From contig NMRA01000215.1 of NCBI GenBank assembly GCA_002633005.1, forward strand, positions 72,690-136,689: a stretch of DNA of 64,000 bases, given 5' to 3'. A program made the translations under genes and the position numbers. Source of the DNA: Phoronis australis (taxonomy: Eukaryota; Animalia; Phoronida). A model generated the notes under the pieces. It had not been told where the DNA came from. It ran no database searches and saw only the letters and a program-made list of their open reading frames with translations. Below are positions 62,755-64,000 of this stretch, piece after piece. Every line of letters starts with the position of its first letter. Positions within the stretch are counted from its first letter, which is position 1.

Positions 62755-63434
62755 GTGAGTGCAGTGTTGTGCAGATAATGAGCTGGGATTAATTGCAGCT
62801 CTTACTGTTGTCAATCTGTTATGTGTTATTTTTCTAGAAGTGTGAGTTGAAATGTTAGTCATTTGTGCACACGAGAAAGTCCTTTGGTTACTATAATGTC
62901 TATTCAGGTTTGTTCCCTCATTCAGCTAAATGCCCACTTAATTTGTTGTTCTCAATTTAAGTGCCATCCCCTGATTTATTTCAAATTAACTACCAACTGA
63001 TATTGTATTAGAAAGTTATTTGATTGGCTGCCATTATCTGTTCGTGGTGAATCAGGAATATAGAACTATGGAATGTCAGGCAGTGCTATCTTGTACATTT
63101 TCATACCGACCTTTGCATCATCTTTTTAAATATGTTCCATTTTATCTTGCAATGTAAATCCAACTTTTGCGTTTTAATGTAAATCTTTATCCTTCGGGAG
63201 CGTCCCGCTCCCTTCTTGAGGAATGGTAGAACGGCGGGACAGGTGTAGCCTCCTGGTGTGCTCTCGCGTAATTCAATCAATTGTAGCATTCCAAGCTCAG
63301 TCTACTGCTCCTGTGGCCTTAAGGATAGTGTAGTCCAATTGAATAGGTTTAACTTCTCTTTGAGTATGTTCCATTTTAGCAGTAACTGTTTTCTGCATGA
63401 CTTTGTCTATTTCCCTCTAATTCCACCCGCACAG

Positions 63435-63535
63435 ATCTTCATCATTAGTCTGATCGCTGACAGAAAGTACCATCAGTTCCGACCTGTGCTAAATGCTTAT
63501 ATACAGACAGATTTCAGTGCCACACTAGCCTACAA
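63435..63535 (+). CDS. DOCK1: DOCK exon 19 (gene continues beyond window)
   Basis: acag|..|gtaagt, 101 nt; [33 protein letters not shown](K). Confidence 0.97.
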
Positions 63536-64000
63536 GTAAGTATTATTTAGATAACTAATCAGTTGCCAGGTACTAGCTGCGGCATATCCTTGCGTACCTA
63601 GTTCAAATCGTGAACATTTTAGGTGTGTGTACTATTAACTACCATAATTTCAATGTTTGCATTGCCATAGGTTCTTCATCCTGTGGTAACCATTTTTATT
63701 GGATAGACTAGTGGTGTTGTCGTGTAATGCTGTGAACCTTTGAAGCCGTTAAGGGTTGTCTGTATATCCTTGTCACGTTCCTTCTGCTTATATTGTAACC
63801 ATTGCCTCCCAAAGTATTGATTTAAGTGGTTTCTACTACTTGGTTACTTAGGAATTTAGACGCATGCTCTTGTTTGTGTTATAAGAAAGTCCTTTATTTT
63901 TCTAATTTCTAATGAGACAGTTTGCTGTAAAAGGAAGCATAATTAATGTCAGTGACAACCGGTTTGAACTAGATAATAGTCATTGCTACACACATAAGTT

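Overview
Intron-rich animal genomic DNA (AT-rich, from a gapped and heterozygous draft assembly; probably a marine invertebrate, species not identifiable from the sequence). No prokaryotic features, rRNA, tRNA or CRISPR array were seen. Three protein-coding genes can be built from GT-AG exons with consistent phases. (1) The first three coding exons of an HPDL-like 4-hydroxyphenylpyruvate dioxygenase-like gene (- strand, runs off the left edge). (2) A gene with two clear coding exons (- strand, ~679 aa) encoding an N-terminal DZIP3-type HEPN domain whose RxxxxH motif reads RNKLAY, followed by coiled coils, a long acidic/Ser-rich disordered region and an RG/GYG-rich tail. (3) The 5' part (19 exons, ~703 codons) of a DOCK-A (DOCK1/2/5, Mbc/CED-5 type) Rac-GEF gene (+ strand, runs off the right edge). 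Two tandem duplications of DOCK exons, each joined by a single N, look like uncollapsed haplotypes. Introns and intergenic DNA hold many MITE-like inverted-repeat elements, Helentron/DINE-like elements and decayed LINE ends. Best leads: the stand-alone pseudo-HEPN/RGG protein, four frame-preserving candidate micro/cassette exons in DOCK (two inside the DHR-1 lipid-binding domain), a fold-back element with THAP starts in both arms, and a spliced-looking antisense unit upstream of DOCK. All calls are manual readings; no database searches were run.
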